From: Narcine bancroftii
Lineage: Eukaryota
Reading direction: 5' to 3'
NCBI RefSeq assembly: GCF_036971445.1
Contig: NC_091478.1
Coordinates: 78,926,001-78,990,000 of the forward strand
Length of the DNA: 64,000 nucleotides
Positions 13,475 through 26,505 of the stretch are shown piece by piece (the first letter of the stretch is position 1; every line of letters begins with the position of its first letter). The notes beneath the pieces were generated by a model. That model had not been told where the DNA came from and made no database searches. It saw only the letters and a list, made by a program, of their open reading frames with translations. The translations under genes were made by a program, and so were the position numbers.

Positions 13475-14400
13475 ACTTCTGGCATTCCAGGACCAATTCG
13501 GGTAAGGACATATAAATGTGCCATAATTTTTTTTAGTGTATTTATGGGTAAGCATTTAAAACTTGGACAAAACGTGCAAGAAGGACAACAGAAAAATTTT
13601 TTTTTTAATAATAATAAGAACGCTGTCCCACGCTCTCCCGGAGGCCTGCTGTCGAGTGTCTATGCATGCTCCCACAAATGCAGAAGTCTGAAATGAGCTG
13701 TGGATGAAATGGCTGGAGCTGGCGATGAAGTGAGCTGATGGTGAAACAGTGATGCATCCTCTACTAGACTCACCGTTTTGTTCGATGGGGTGAAGCACTG
13801 ATGTGTTGCTGGGAGGAGAATGAGAGATTATTTAATTCATAAATTCATAATTCATGGTTTTGACAGGACGGAAGTGGGGTGTCTGCTTGCCTTTCAAAAT
13901 AAGTCTTGATCATTCATAAATAAGATAAAAGGTATGTATGAAAGGGTTCTGATCTGGATCTCTACCAAAGGAGGGTGTGAATGCTCAGTTACTGAATGTA
14001 CTCAAGACAGTCACTGATAGACCTTCAGATATTAAGGGAGAGGAGATTAGTGTTGGGGAGTGCCATTGGGATAAAAGACCAGTCCCCAACACTGATCCCA
14101 CCAGCTGTCCCAAGTGTCTATAGTCACCTTGTGCTGTAAGCAAACTGGTCTATGGGTTTGTCCTCAGTTTGAACATTCTGAAGTCCACTACCACATTTCC
14201 CGCCCCCACCCCCCCACGACAGCGCACCACCAGCCCCAACGATAGATAGCGGTGATTAGTAAAGGATTACTTAACATGGTATGTGAGCAGAAATAAAAAT
14301 AAAAAGTTTGAAATCCACTGCTATAGATCAATACTTGCAGTAGGTTTTGCCATGCTCGCTTATAAACTGTATACGTGTGTCTTATTAAGTTGTGGGCATA

Positions 14401-14903
14401 TTTTCCCAAGCTCTTTTATAATTCGTGTGCACATGTGGTTTATTCCTGCTACGATTTTCCCAAGCTCTTTTATAATTCGTGTGCACATGTGGTTTATTCC
14501 TGCTACGATTTTCCCAAGCTCTTTTATAATTCGTGTGCACATGTGGTTTATTCCTGCTACGATTTTCCCAAGCTCTTTTATAATTCGTGTGCACATGTGG
14601 TTTATTCCTGCTACGATTTTCCCAAGCTCTTTTATAACTCGTGTGCACGTGGTTTATTCCTGCTATGATTTTCCCAAGCTCTTTTATAATTCGTGTGCAC
14701 ATGTGGTTTATTCCTGCTACAATTTTCCCAAGCTCTTTTATAATTCGTGTGCACATGTGGTTTATTCCTGCTACGATTTTCCCAAGCTCTTTTATAATTC
14801 GTGTGCACATGTGGTTTATTCCTGCTACAATTTTCCCAAGCTCTTTTATAATTCGTGTGCACATGTGGTTTATTCCTGCTACGATTTTCCCAAGCTCTTT
14901 TAT
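14401..14903. repeat. 54-bp minisatellite, ~9.3 nearly identical copies
   Basis: Unit TTTTCCCAAGCTCTTTTATAATTCGTGTGCACATGTGGTTTATTCCTGCTACGA; one copy has a 2-bp deletion. Confidence 0.97.
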
Positions 14904-15109
14904 TAATTGTCGTGTGTTAATAAAAGTAACATATGATAGCAAATTCTTGTGTCCAGACTTGTCTCTCATGACCCTGACACTTTCTCTACACAACAATGAC
15001 GGCTTGCTATGTTAAAATGGACTCAGAAAAATGTTTGTTTCAGTGTAAATGACCAAAGCCAGCTTAATGGCAGGTCTTCCTTATGGAAATATCACGGAAA
15101 AAGAATCCT

Positions 15110-15565
15110 GTAGGCCAGCCCCTGTGTTGCTTCGGTGCTGATAGAAATTGTGGAGATGATATTCTTGCTATTCCTCACTGATTGTAGTCAGGAGGTGAAT
15201 AAATCAAGGATTCAATTACACAATGGGGTATTGAGGCCCATGTCTTTGAGTTTGCTGATCAGTTTTGAAGGGATGATGGTGTTGAATGCTGAACTGTGGT
15301 CGATAAAGAGTTTGCTGATGAATGCATCTTTGTTGTCCAGGCGTTTCATGATTTTATGTAGTCAGCGAAATGGCATCTGCCACATATCTTTGCTATGGTA
15401 GGTGAATTGGAACAGATCCATGCTACCACTCAGACAGGAGCTGATATGCTTCAACACCAGCCTCTCGAAACACTTCATCCCTGTGGATGCAAGTGCCGCT
15501 GATCAGTAGTCATTTCGGCAGGTTACCATAATCTTCTTGGGCACTGGAATGATTGAAGCCAGTGT
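15110..15565 (-). mobile_element. Rex1/Babar-like LINE RT fragment
   Basis: Antisense reads [29 protein letters not shown] and LCNWILD. Confidence 0.75.
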
Positions 15566-17312
15566 AGGTGACACTTCCCAGCTTCTAACATTTCTCAATC
15601 TCAAAACATGTCACTTTCCAAGAGATGTAAGCCTCGATATTCTGAATTGCATCTTATTCATCCAAATAAATCAAACTTCGTATTTGGAGCTGTAAATAGC
15701 TTTAATTTTCTGTTGATAAAAGCAAATAAACATTTTCATAGCTTCACACTTCATAACAATGAGTAATAAAGTATATTGTAAATGATAACGAGACTCAACT
15801 TCAAACAAATATAAATGAATTAAAATGAATAATAATGATAAACTCAAAGAAAAGTTTCTTGAAAGCTCACATCTCTTCCATGGTCATTCTGAGAATGAGA
15901 AGAGAAGTCCCAGTCTGCTTGGATATGATGACATATGACATTACAGTAATGCTACAAAAACAATTAATCCTTAAAGGGAAAGTCATAAAACAAACATAAA
16001 TCATAAACACAAGGTGTTAACTTCTACAGCCAGTATGAAACAGATGGGTACCGTGCCCTGGCAGTGTGAGATGTTGAAGATGTCTATGACAACATTTTGG
16101 CAACCTATGTTCAACCCTGACCTCTGTTACAATCTGTATGGAGTTTACATGTTTTCTCATTGACTGCATCAATTTACTGAAGGCGATCTGGTTTGCTTCA
16201 ACATCCTAAAGATTTGTGGGTTGACGTCAATTGACCACTATTGGTTTATTGGTAAGTGGTAGAATCTGAAATGGATGTGGGTTCATGGAAATGTGGGGAG
16301 AGGATTAATTTAAGATTAGATTTTTTGCCCCAGTAATGGTGTGAAATATGCGAACAGTGTCCTTCTGGTGAAAGCCAACTGCATCTATGATATATACATG
16401 TGCAAAAGTTTTTTTATACATCTTGGTTCATACAATGGGGCTAAAGAATCCTGAACTGTGGAGATATTGCCAACCACATTGTGCTGAAGACTACATGGAC
16501 AAGTATAGTAACATCTTTATGAACAGGATGAACATCCCATTTATGTTTTTTAGATAGACTTTGTGTGATTTTACTGGTCTGAAGCATATCCAAAATCTTG
16601 GCATGGGTTGTTCACAAACGAACGACCAAAATTCAAAATCTCAATTTCTTTACATGAGTTTAGACAGCATACCGGAAGTTCAGTAAGTAAAGAAGCGGGA
16701 CTTGCAATGCCACTGCGTCCACATCCTTTTAATTATCCTGTTGTTTACGGAATGACTGTAGTTCACTTTAGACTGCAGACATTCCGGGAAATTGACACGG
16801 GATCCAGGAGGTAAAATGTCGGAACAGGAGTGTTACCCTCATTCCCATTCCAACCTTTTTACACAGCATTCATTCCAGGAAAATGGGAATATTTTCCTGG
16901 AATGCAGCGGCTGTGTAAAAAACATAATTGTGGACATCTGCTGGATGATTACATCTTTGACATTATCATGATGTCCATGTATGAAATGCAAATTTACTGT
17001 CACCTTGGCAAATTTACATTCTAGCTAATGCTGTGTTTTGATAAGATAAGCATGTGTTAAGCTGCAGTAAGATCCCACCCCTTCATATCTATTGAAACAG
17101 AGGATCAGTCCCTTATAAGTCCATTGTCGGTTGTTTTCTTCTAGCATTTGTGAAGTGTTAGACTTTATATATTGTTTCCAGTTGCAGAAGTCAACACATA
17201 GTGGTATGATTGTGTCTAAAGGAGTTTCTGGTGACTCAGGGTTATGACAACCCTGTTATTTCCTGAAATGGGTGTAGCAATCAGCCTGCAATTTGGAATA
17301 CAACACAGTGAT

Positions 17313-17460
17313 AATGAGTTTGTACGTTTCCCTCGAATGGTCTAATTTCCTCCAATGTTCCAAAGATGTCTGGGGTTAGTAGGTTAATTCGTCACATGGG
17401 TGTATTTGGGTGTTGAAGCTTCATGGCCAGAAGGGCCTGTTACTGTGCTGTATCTCTAAA
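17313..17460 (+). mobile_element. V-SINE fragment
   Basis: GAGTTTGTACGTT..CAAAGATGT..GGGCCTGTTACTGTGCTGTATCTCTAAA. Confidence 0.65.
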
Positions 17461-17507
17461 GTAAGTTAAATAATGATAATGTGTCTATTGTTATACACAC
17501 ATAAGTA

Positions 17508-17778
17508 TAATGCACGTACGCAGCAAAATTCTTACTGGGGCAATGAACAGATATCCATCAGATCTTATTTTTTAAAAATTTATAGCACAGTAGAAGCCAA
17601 TTCCAGCTATTTAACCTTATGCCGCCAAATTATACCCAAATTAATGCACGTACGCAGCAAAATTCTTACTGGGGCAATGAACAGATATCCATCAGATCTT
17701 ATTTTTTTTAAATTTATAGAACAGTAGAAGCCAATTCCAGCTATTTAACCTTATGCCGCCAAATTACACCCAAATTAA
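17508..17778. repeat. Tandem duplication, two ~134-bp copies
   Basis: TAATGCACGTACGCAGC... starts at 17508 and again at 17642 with few mismatches. Confidence 0.93.
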
Positions 17779-17819
17779 CACTAAAAAAGATACAAAATTT
17801 ATAAACCTTTCTTCAATGA

Positions 17820-19830
17820 GGCAGACAACATTTAAGGCCAGAAACCTAGAAATTGGAGAGGGAATTTGTGGAATGTAAAGGAAGCAGGAGCGAAATTAAA
17901 TGGGGAACTACGAGGGCTGATGAAGACATCCAATGTCCTTGGCGAGATGGATTAAAGAGGATCCCAAAACATTTTATGCATACATTAAAAATCAGAGTAT
18001 CACTAGGGAGAGGGTAGGACCGCTAACGATCAAGGAAGTGGGCAAGGTTCTAAACCAGGACATTACATCAATATTCAACAAGGAGAAAGTCGGGGGAATG
18101 TGGTGCGCTGTTAGACAGAATCAGACAGACACACAAGGTAAGGACTGAATAACAGGCTTTAATCCACAAAGACTTCCACAGAGCCAGGCTGGCTGTGGCT
18201 GCAGCAACTCAGTGTGAGGCCTCGGGAGGCCGGCACAGGCCTATATCCCGGAGGGTGATTGACACCCGACCGGGTGGGGCTTGATCCATTCAGGCCGACT
18301 GATTGACAGCCGGCCAGGTGTTGTCTTGTCCCCTTACACTCCTGCAGGAACAGAGGTTGCCCCCTGCAGTGGGCCGGTGGTGCACCACCACAGGGAAATT
18401 ATGAGATTTGGGAGGGGGTTCAGTGATATTCTACAGCATGTTAATAGCAAGAAAAAGAAAGTGTTGGGGCTCTTAAAAAGCATAAGTTCCCAGATCCTGG
18501 CGGTTATTGAGAGATGTAAGAAAGGAAATTGCTGGGATCTTGACGGAGATCTTTGTATCCTCTTCAGCCACAGGCAAAGTCTCAGAGGATTAGAGAGAAG
18601 TAAATATTATTCCTCTGTTTAAGGAGGAACAACAGAGACAAAGCAAGAAATTATGGGCTTGTAACCTTAAATCTATCAAAGGCAAATTATTGGAGAATAT
18701 TCTTATGGATAGGATTTATTCACAGCTGAAAAAACATAGACTAATTATGTATAGTCAGCATGGATTTGGAGGGGTGGGTCATGTCTTATAAACTTGATTG
18801 CGCTTTTGAGGAGGTGATAAATATGATGTCACTCCAAAGAGGTTAGGGCAGGGGATTTTATACTCCTGCTTTTTAGGAACAATTTTTTACAAGATTCAAC
18901 TTAACAAATGTCCTCTAATATTTGCTGCTGTTACCCTGGGGAAAATAGGTAACAATAGTACATATCAGAGGACATCTGTTTAAGGTAATTGGAGGAAGGT
19001 TTAGGGGAGATATCTGAGGTAAGGTTTTTTAAACACAGAATGGTGGGTGCTTGGAATGCATTGCTAGGGTTGGTAGTGGACATTTGAAAGACTCTTAGAT
19101 AGGCACATGGATGCAAGAAAAGTTGTGGGTTATGGGTGTGAGGTAGAGAAGTGTTGATAGGTTTATACAAGTTGGCATAATATCGTGGCTGTACTATTCT
19201 ATGTTCCTCAAGGCAAGCTGATCCAGAATATTAAGGCACATAGAATCCATAGATACTTCATAGAATGGATTCAAATTTGACATGGCCATAGAAATCAGAG
19301 AGCAGTAGTGGAGAAGGTGACCAGTGATCTGTGACCAGCAGCTTTCTGCTGGGATCTCTGCTGTTTACAATATCTATAAATTATTTGGATAAAGATGTAG
19401 CTCAGGTATTTGCAGATAACTCAAAAATTCTTGCAATTGTGGCAAGTGAGGACAGTTGCCAAAGAATACAGCACAATATTTGGAAATGTTGGAAGAGAAT
19501 GGCAGAAGGAGAAGTGTGAGGTGTGGCACTTTGGGAAGTCGTATGTAAGGGGAAAGCACTCAGGAGTATTGGTGAACAGTGGGTGAAAAGGTTGAATGCT
19601 GGAGGGAATAGTTTTGAAGTGAGAGCGGGGATGTTTTAAAGACATTTTTTTCCATCCAAAAATTGGTAAGTGATTGGAAAACGCTGCCAGTGGAGGACAT
19701 GGAAACACGTGTGAGAGCAATATCTAAGAGACATGTTGACAGGAAGGGAATGGAGGAATGGAAATTGTGCAGGCAGATGGGAATTGTTCAAATTGGCATC
19801 ATAATATGCACATACATCTGTAGTGTGGAG
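17820..19830 (+). mobile_element. Fragmented CR1 LINE(s) with nested inserts
   Basis: IKEDPKTFYAYIK, SQHGF, LLFTISINYLD and FADNSKI motifs; CR1 3' UTR-like pieces. Confidence 0.75.
18099..18392 (-). mobile_element. Solo LTR (294 bp), probably Gypsy-like
   Basis: Termini TGTGGTG...CACCACA; 5-bp TSD GGGAA at 18094-18098 and 18393-18397; antisense TATA-like box and ATTAAA. Confidence 0.85.
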
Positions 19831-21465
19831 CATCATGTGACCTCTCTGACAAGAACCTGATCGGAAACCACTGCATCTGTCAATCAAGGTCAAGATCACC
19901 TATTTAATGTTAATCATATATAGCATCTGGCAACGCTGCTAGGGAGGGGTACTGAGTTTTTAAAAATTTTTATTCTCTTTTTCCCTTTTATTTTCTCCTT
20001 TCTTTCTTTTTTCCCCTTTTAACTATTAGTTCCTTTTTTTTAAAAAAAACTATCTGGATTATGAATTATGGATATGTTTTACAATTTATGTTTTTTTTAT
20101 ATACTGATTGTATTGTTTAATTAATTATGTGTAACTATTCATATTATAATCGTAATATAAGACAATGAAATGATAAGGAGTTCACCGAACTGTTTCCATA
20201 TTGAAATTGATGTTCATGATATTTGGGAGATAATAAAACAATAGCCTCTGATTGTTTAATTTGGAAATTGCCATGACCATATTAGCAACTGAATTGAAAT
20301 GTTTCATTTCCCTCCCTTAGACTTGTTCTCAGCTCTTCACTGCAATTATCAAACCTCATTATTATTCAATTTATTTCTGGTTCCATTTGTTTTGCATGAT
20401 ATATTGATTTTCATTTACAGTAAATAAATATATACATTCACATTAGCATCTTTCTTGTAAAGTCACTCAACATTTACAACCAAAAAATAAATTGCTGGAA
20501 GTACTCAGCGGGTCAAGCAGCATCTGTGGAGGGAAATAGATGGTTCATTGTTTCAGGGTTTGGACCCTGCATCAGAACTGAAAGTGTAGTAGAGGGAAGA
20601 TAGTTTATAGATCTTGTAAGTATTCTGACCTCTGTTCTCTCACTCACTATTATAGGTCCCCACCTCCCAACACAAAGTCTTGACCATAATTTGCTTCCAT
20701 AGATTCCAGCATTAGCAGTATCTTGTGTCTCCAAGTAGCTATGACCAGTTGGGTACTTTGGACGTACAATCAGTATTGTAAATTCAGAAGTGCTTGCACT
20801 AATTCATACATAGCATTACCAGATCTCTTAATGTTGTTTGGAGGACAAATATTGGTGAGTATACATCCACATTAGAGAACAAACAAGCCTTCAATATAAC
20901 ATCTGATCTAAAAGGCAGGTGCAACAATACAGCTTTCCCTCAATTCTGCAGCTGAAGGGTCAATCTCAGTTTTACTTGTCATTTCTCTGACTTGGGAATT
21001 AAACTGACAACCTTCTGACTTTGAGAAGGAGGTGCAGTTAGTTCAGACATTTTGACACATTGTTTGAAAGCCTCACAGCTGAATTACTAGAATTGACTTG
21101 TTGGTTGCCACGTGTACTGCGATTCATGGCAAAGCTTAGTGTTGTGCACTGAAGGCAGCTCACAAAATGTCACCATTTTGAATCCAAATGATAGGTTAAC
21201 CAAAGACATTCAAAATTAATCAATCGTGACAATGGCAACAGCGAACTTGAACATTAGCGTAAACATAACATGCAAATCAAATTTAAAATTTAAATTAAAA
21301 AATAACTGTGACTTCCCAAAGGGATTCTGGCATGACCATTGCTCCAGTAACACTCCACTAACTTTCCTGGCTCTGGTCTGATCCCTTCTTCCCCTGTCAT
21401 TGGGATCTCTGGTCTCTGCTGCCAAAGCTGCTCTTCTCACTCTCTACAACCACCACTGCCTCTCG

Positions 21466-21725
21466 CACACTCATAACTCCCTTCGATGGACCCTCTCGTC
21501 GTGACCCCCCCACTGGGTGGACCCTTTTGTCCTCCCCACAGCACACTCAATGTGACCTCTTGGATGGATTCTCATCCTTCCCCCCAACACCCTCAATGTG
21601 GCCGGCTTGGATGGATTCTCATCCTCTCTCACAGCACACTCAATATGACCCTTGGATGTACTCTTTCGCTTCCCCCACAACACACTCGATGTGACCTCCT
21701 GACTGGACCTTTACATCCTCCCCCA
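21466..21725. repeat. Degenerate ~46-bp minisatellite, 5-6 copies
   Basis: Recurring CACACTC(A/G)ATGTGACC..GGATGGA..CATCCT.CCCCA. Confidence 0.7.
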
Positions 21726-22819
21726 TCAAGCTTCTCTCAGTTTACCATCGTGTTTGCAGATGCCCTGGTTCTGTTGACAATGGATAACATCTTTAACAGG
21801 GTACAAAATGGAGGGACTGGATGGGTGGTCCATTGTACACCTTTTCCAATTTGAAATCGTGGAATGAAGAATAGGACAGACTCTGCAGGGGTGACAGATC
21901 CACTTATTATATGTTCTCAATGTTATCCATTTGAGAAGCCAGAAACTGGCTTTGTGTCCTCTTGACTAAAATGAATGTCAGAGAAATTGTCTGGTTTGCT
22001 ATCCTGCTCTATGTTACCACTACACCTGTTATACAGTCATACAACATAAAATCAGCCCCTTCAGCTTAACTTCAATTTTCTTTCATTCATTTCTCCTATT
22101 CTGGAGTTTTTAATTCATGTCCCTTTTTTAAAATATCATTATCGAGTCCAGTTTAAAATGTGTTTTTTGATGATTTATATTAAATCTCTATCCTTGGGTT
22201 ACTGGTGCCAACAAGAAAAATTATGTCTCCAGTGAAATTGTTCTCTCTGACTTACCTACAAAGTTCAACATTACCTTAAAGGAAACTGCTTTTAATTATT
22301 TTCTTGAGAGTAGTTTTAATGTGGCAAGGTGGAACAAAGTAAAATGAAGGTGAATTTTTTCACTGAGTGTCTCAGGTGACATGACAGCAGGTTCCACAAT
22401 AGCTTCAGGGATTTCAAGGCTGTGAAACTATAATTAGTGCACAAGAAGAGCCAATCAAATCTAGATTATTGCAATTACTGTACCTACCCATGAAAAGCTC
22501 CGTTGCATTGTAGTTCAAAATATACATAGGCATTTGTTTTTATTGATTTACCAATTTCTATTTACCTCACAATTAATACTTCGAAAACTAATGCTTTGAA
22601 AAAGCATCTTTGGTGACTAATACACATGATCAATAATTTTCTTTCAGACTACAACATGTTGTTTAGCTTGAGGAGTAACAGAGCTGTTGTGTCCTTAAAG
22701 CAAATGTATTGATTGACCTAAGACATGACCACCTGCCTGAGAAACGTTCAGTAACACACGCTGCCTGGTAGAGACCTATGGAAATAAAGTTGCACTGAGG
22801 TAGGGCGTTGAATCTCCTA

Positions 22820-23040
22820 ACTCCCTAGTGTAGCAGATAGTGTTGCACTATTACAGCGCCAGCAACCTGGGTTTGAATCTAGCTCTGACTGTAACGGGTT
22901 TGCACATTCTCGCTGTGACCCATGCAGGTATCTTCTGGTTGCTCTGGCTTCCTCCCACCCTCCAAAATGTATGGGGTTGGTAGGTTAATTGGGTAGCACA
23001 GGTTTCATAGGCTGGAAAAGACTTCTACTGTGCTGTATTG
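22820..23040 (+). mobile_element. V-SINE (HE1-like)
   Basis: ACAGCGCCAGC..GGGTTTGAATC head and core. Confidence 0.75.
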
Positions 23041-24479
23041 TTCAAAAAAAGATTATTGGTAAAAGAGATGGGGGTCTAGAGCAGGACTGAAACAGAAGGT
23101 CCTATGTATCCCGCAAAGACACAGGCCTGGACCATGAAGGTTCCACCTTTGATTTGTTGGAAATGAATGGAGCCAAAGAGAAGCTGCTCAGGATGAAGAA
23201 TGAGTTCAGCCAAGCAAAGGAGGGTGATGGTGGGGGCACTGTCAAGTCTTTCTATCATTCCTAAAATTCCCTCAGTTCTGTTGAAAGATCATCAACCCAA
23301 AAAGGTTAATTTTGTTTCTTTCTCACAGATCTTGCTTGACCAACTGAGTTTACCTGGAATTTTCAGATTTTAATGTGCTTTTAACATCAGAAAAGGAGTT
23401 CCTTTCAAAAATGACATTGCGTTGAGCTCTTCCATTCCCTGTGAAAGTATTGACATTGTAAGTGAACAACACCAGCTCATTTGGCTGAAATGGCATCATA
23501 AATCAGTGTAATAATGTACCCATCCCGCATCCAAACATATGCACTTCCCAAAATAGTCAACAAAAGGGAAAACCCTGACCATTTTGGGCTTCCCTCTTGA
23601 AATGAAGGTGCCAGGGAAAATGGCAGTTTAATGTCAACATTGTTACCCCATCTATCTTCAAATAACTTGGTCAAAATTCTGTTCTTTCCTGTCTGAGCTG
23701 ACCACTGCAGTGCAGTAAACCCATCTTTCCTTCATTGAAACTAGTTAGGTTACACTTGGACACTGCAGATTATTATTGAGAAAGCCAACGCATTTTTTTG
23801 TTGCAGAAATCAAAATCCTTGTTAGAAAATAAAATGCTATTTATTGCTCAGTTTCTTTGCTGTTACAAACAGCAACATGTCAGAAACAATGGAATTAGTG
23901 CCCTTTGATTTATCATTTGTCCGACAATAAATAGGAACCTCGCAGCACTTATCTAAACTGCCAACTCAGATTGCAATCTATTTTAATTGAACTATAAAAC
24001 CCTATAAACATAAAGCGATATTTTGTGTTAGATCCATGTTTCCAAGTAATGCAATGGGTTCAAAATAGATAAAGGCAAGACCTCCTCTTTAAGGCCCAAC
24101 CATAAATAAAATTTCAACAAAAGCACAACTGTTCTCTGCAATTTACTCAGTTCTGCAGCACCTCAAAGGCTCTGTATTATGGTCTGTCAAATGTCGTGGA
24201 GTTTTGTGCAGTAAAAAGTTCAGAAAGGAAACCCATCTTCACACAAGGGGAGACTGAGACACATAGAAACTCTCCATGCAGAAGGATGCCATTCTGGCAC
24301 TATACCTGTGCCTCCTTTACAGTGATTGAGTTTCTCCCACACCCTTGCATCCCGTAGTCCTATCAGATTTGTTCTGACGTATCCCCATTTTTCCTTCAGA
24401 CATTTCTATTGAATTAGCTTCCATTTCTTTACAGGCAGTGAATTCCATTATCAATATAATGGAAATTCCCATTGACTAG

Positions 24480-25090
24480 AAACTGAACTACAGAGTCCTA
24501 TACACAATGTGGCTACAAGAGGCTATGAATCCTGTGGTGAGTAACTCATCTCCAAAAGCTTCTCTAACATCTCCAAAACTCAAGTGTACGAAGGAACACT
24601 CTCCACTTCCCTGGCTGAGTGAAGCTTCAACTACACTTTCAAAAAGCTCAACACTATCTAGTGTTTCCATACCCATTTACTCAATCCACCACTCATGCAC
24701 AGCAGAGGCAGTTTGTACCATCTTCAAGATACACTGCAGCAACTCACTAAGATTCCTCAGACACCACCTTCCAAGCCCCAGTTAGATGGAACAGGACAGG
24801 AAATGCATGGGACCACGGCCATCTGAACATTGCCCTCCAAGTCAAACACCACACCGACTTGGAAATATATCGTTGTTCCTTCACTGTTGCTGGATCAAAG
24901 TCAAGGAACACACTTCCAAACAGTATTGAGGGTGTTCCCGCACCTCAAGGACTGGATCAGTCCAAGAAGACCACTCACCTCAATCTTGTCAATGGCAATT
25001 AGGGATAGGCCAATTACATGTTGGCTCAGTCAGAAAAAAATAAATGTTGGCTCAGCCAGAAAAGCTCACACCCTGAATAAATAATAAATA
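24480..25090 (+). mobile_element. Old CR1/L2-like LINE 3' fragment
   Basis: SIHH..AVCTIFKIHCSNSLRFLRHHLP motif; AATAAATAATAAA tail; a related piece lies near 49110-49560. Confidence 0.55.
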
Positions 25091-25412
25091 CGGAAAAAAA
25101 AGAAGCAATTTTTGAGCGAAGTTACATCCAGGAACTGTGTGTATTGCAAAATTTTACTGTTTCTGAAGAATTAGTATTTCATTCTTGGAATGTCAAGTAC
25201 TCTCAATTAATTCATTTTTGTGATTATAAAGATGTCTTTCCACTGTCAAAATGCCTGAAGCTCTCAATGTATTCTTTCGGCTGATTGAAAATTTTTAAAT
25301 TGCATTAAAGGCCTTTGAGTGATGATTGAACACTGATTCCAACTCTCATCTCACAGGACATGCCAAATTCAGGCCTGGATCTTGCCATGGATAATACATC
25401 AGTTAAGTATAC

Positions 25413-25672
25413 ATTTAAAATTTTAAATTAACTTTTTAATTTTTAAAACAAACAGCATGATAACAGGCTCTTTATGCCCACAAGCCTGTGCCACCCAATT
25501 TACACCCAATTGACCTACAACCCCGATGCATTTTGAAGGGTGGGAGGAAACTGGAACCCCCCACCCAGGGGAAAACCCTTGGAGACATGGGGAGGACATA
25601 CAAACTCCTTACAGATAGTGTGGGTTTCGAACCCATCTTACTGGCGATGTAACAGGGTTGCGCTAACCACCC
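25413..25672 (-). mobile_element. V-SINE (HE1-like), antisense
   Basis: GTGGGAGGAAAC..CAAACTCCTTACAGA..GTTGCGCTAACC; TTTAAA tail at the left end. Confidence 0.8.
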
Positions 25673-26249
25673 ACGGCCAGTTGATCTCATTCAGATCTCT
25701 GATGAAAATGTTCTATCCCTTATATATCAGAGAAAATGACATACCTCCACCACAATGGAACATTTTTTATTTGGCTTTATTGTGGCTTTAATTTAAATGT
25801 GTGCCATAATTCAAATCCCGATTAAATATAAACATATCACCTTGCAGTGTTTAGTCAGTGCTGGTGCCACATATTAGGGCTCACACCACATACAAGTCTC
25901 CGCTGTGCTGTGGACCAGGCTAAAATGGTGCCTGGACGTAATGGAACCAACCTATGGACAAGCAGTTACAAACTCAGTGGAAAAAAAAGTAATTGTACTG
26001 AAAGTTCTGACTGATATCAGAGTGCAAACACTATTGAACAAGCAAATATTTAGTGACATAGTGTGAACAGTTCCATTTTTCCCTTGCTATAACCCTTCAG
26101 AATCTCCAAGTAAATTTGGGAAGCAATTATTAAACCATATCTTATGTCTTGGACATGGTCAAAATTCTGACCCAATGTTGAGGGCTCTTTAGGCCATCAC
26201 CTTTGGTCTATCCCACCAATTGAACCTGCTTGAAAAACGTGCATCATCT

Positions 26250-26505
26250 GATCATTTCATCAGCTGTTTTGATTTAAACATAAATGATCTAGAGCAGGGG
26301 AGTATGTTTAAGTTTGTTGATGACACTAAAATGAGTGGGAAAAGCAAATTGCTCTGAAGACACAGAGCATGTGCAGGGAGATAGAGATAGATTAAGTGAA
26401 TGGGCAATAGTCTGACAGATGGGGTACATTGTTGGTAAATGTGAGGTCATCTACTTCGAGAGGAAAAATGGTAAATTGAACTATTTCTTAAATGGTGAAA
26501 CACTG
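26250..26505 (+). mobile_element. CR1 LINE RT fragment
   Basis: INDL..KFVDDTKMSG..QGDRDRLSEWA..KCEVIYF. Confidence 0.7.

Noticed and set aside
14401-14903. CRISPR array, or real proteins from the 200-aa ORFs over the 54-bp repeat
   Set aside because: Units are contiguous with no unique spacers, there are no cas genes and the context is eukaryotic. The ORFs arise because the unit length is a multiple of 3 and lacks stops in some frames.
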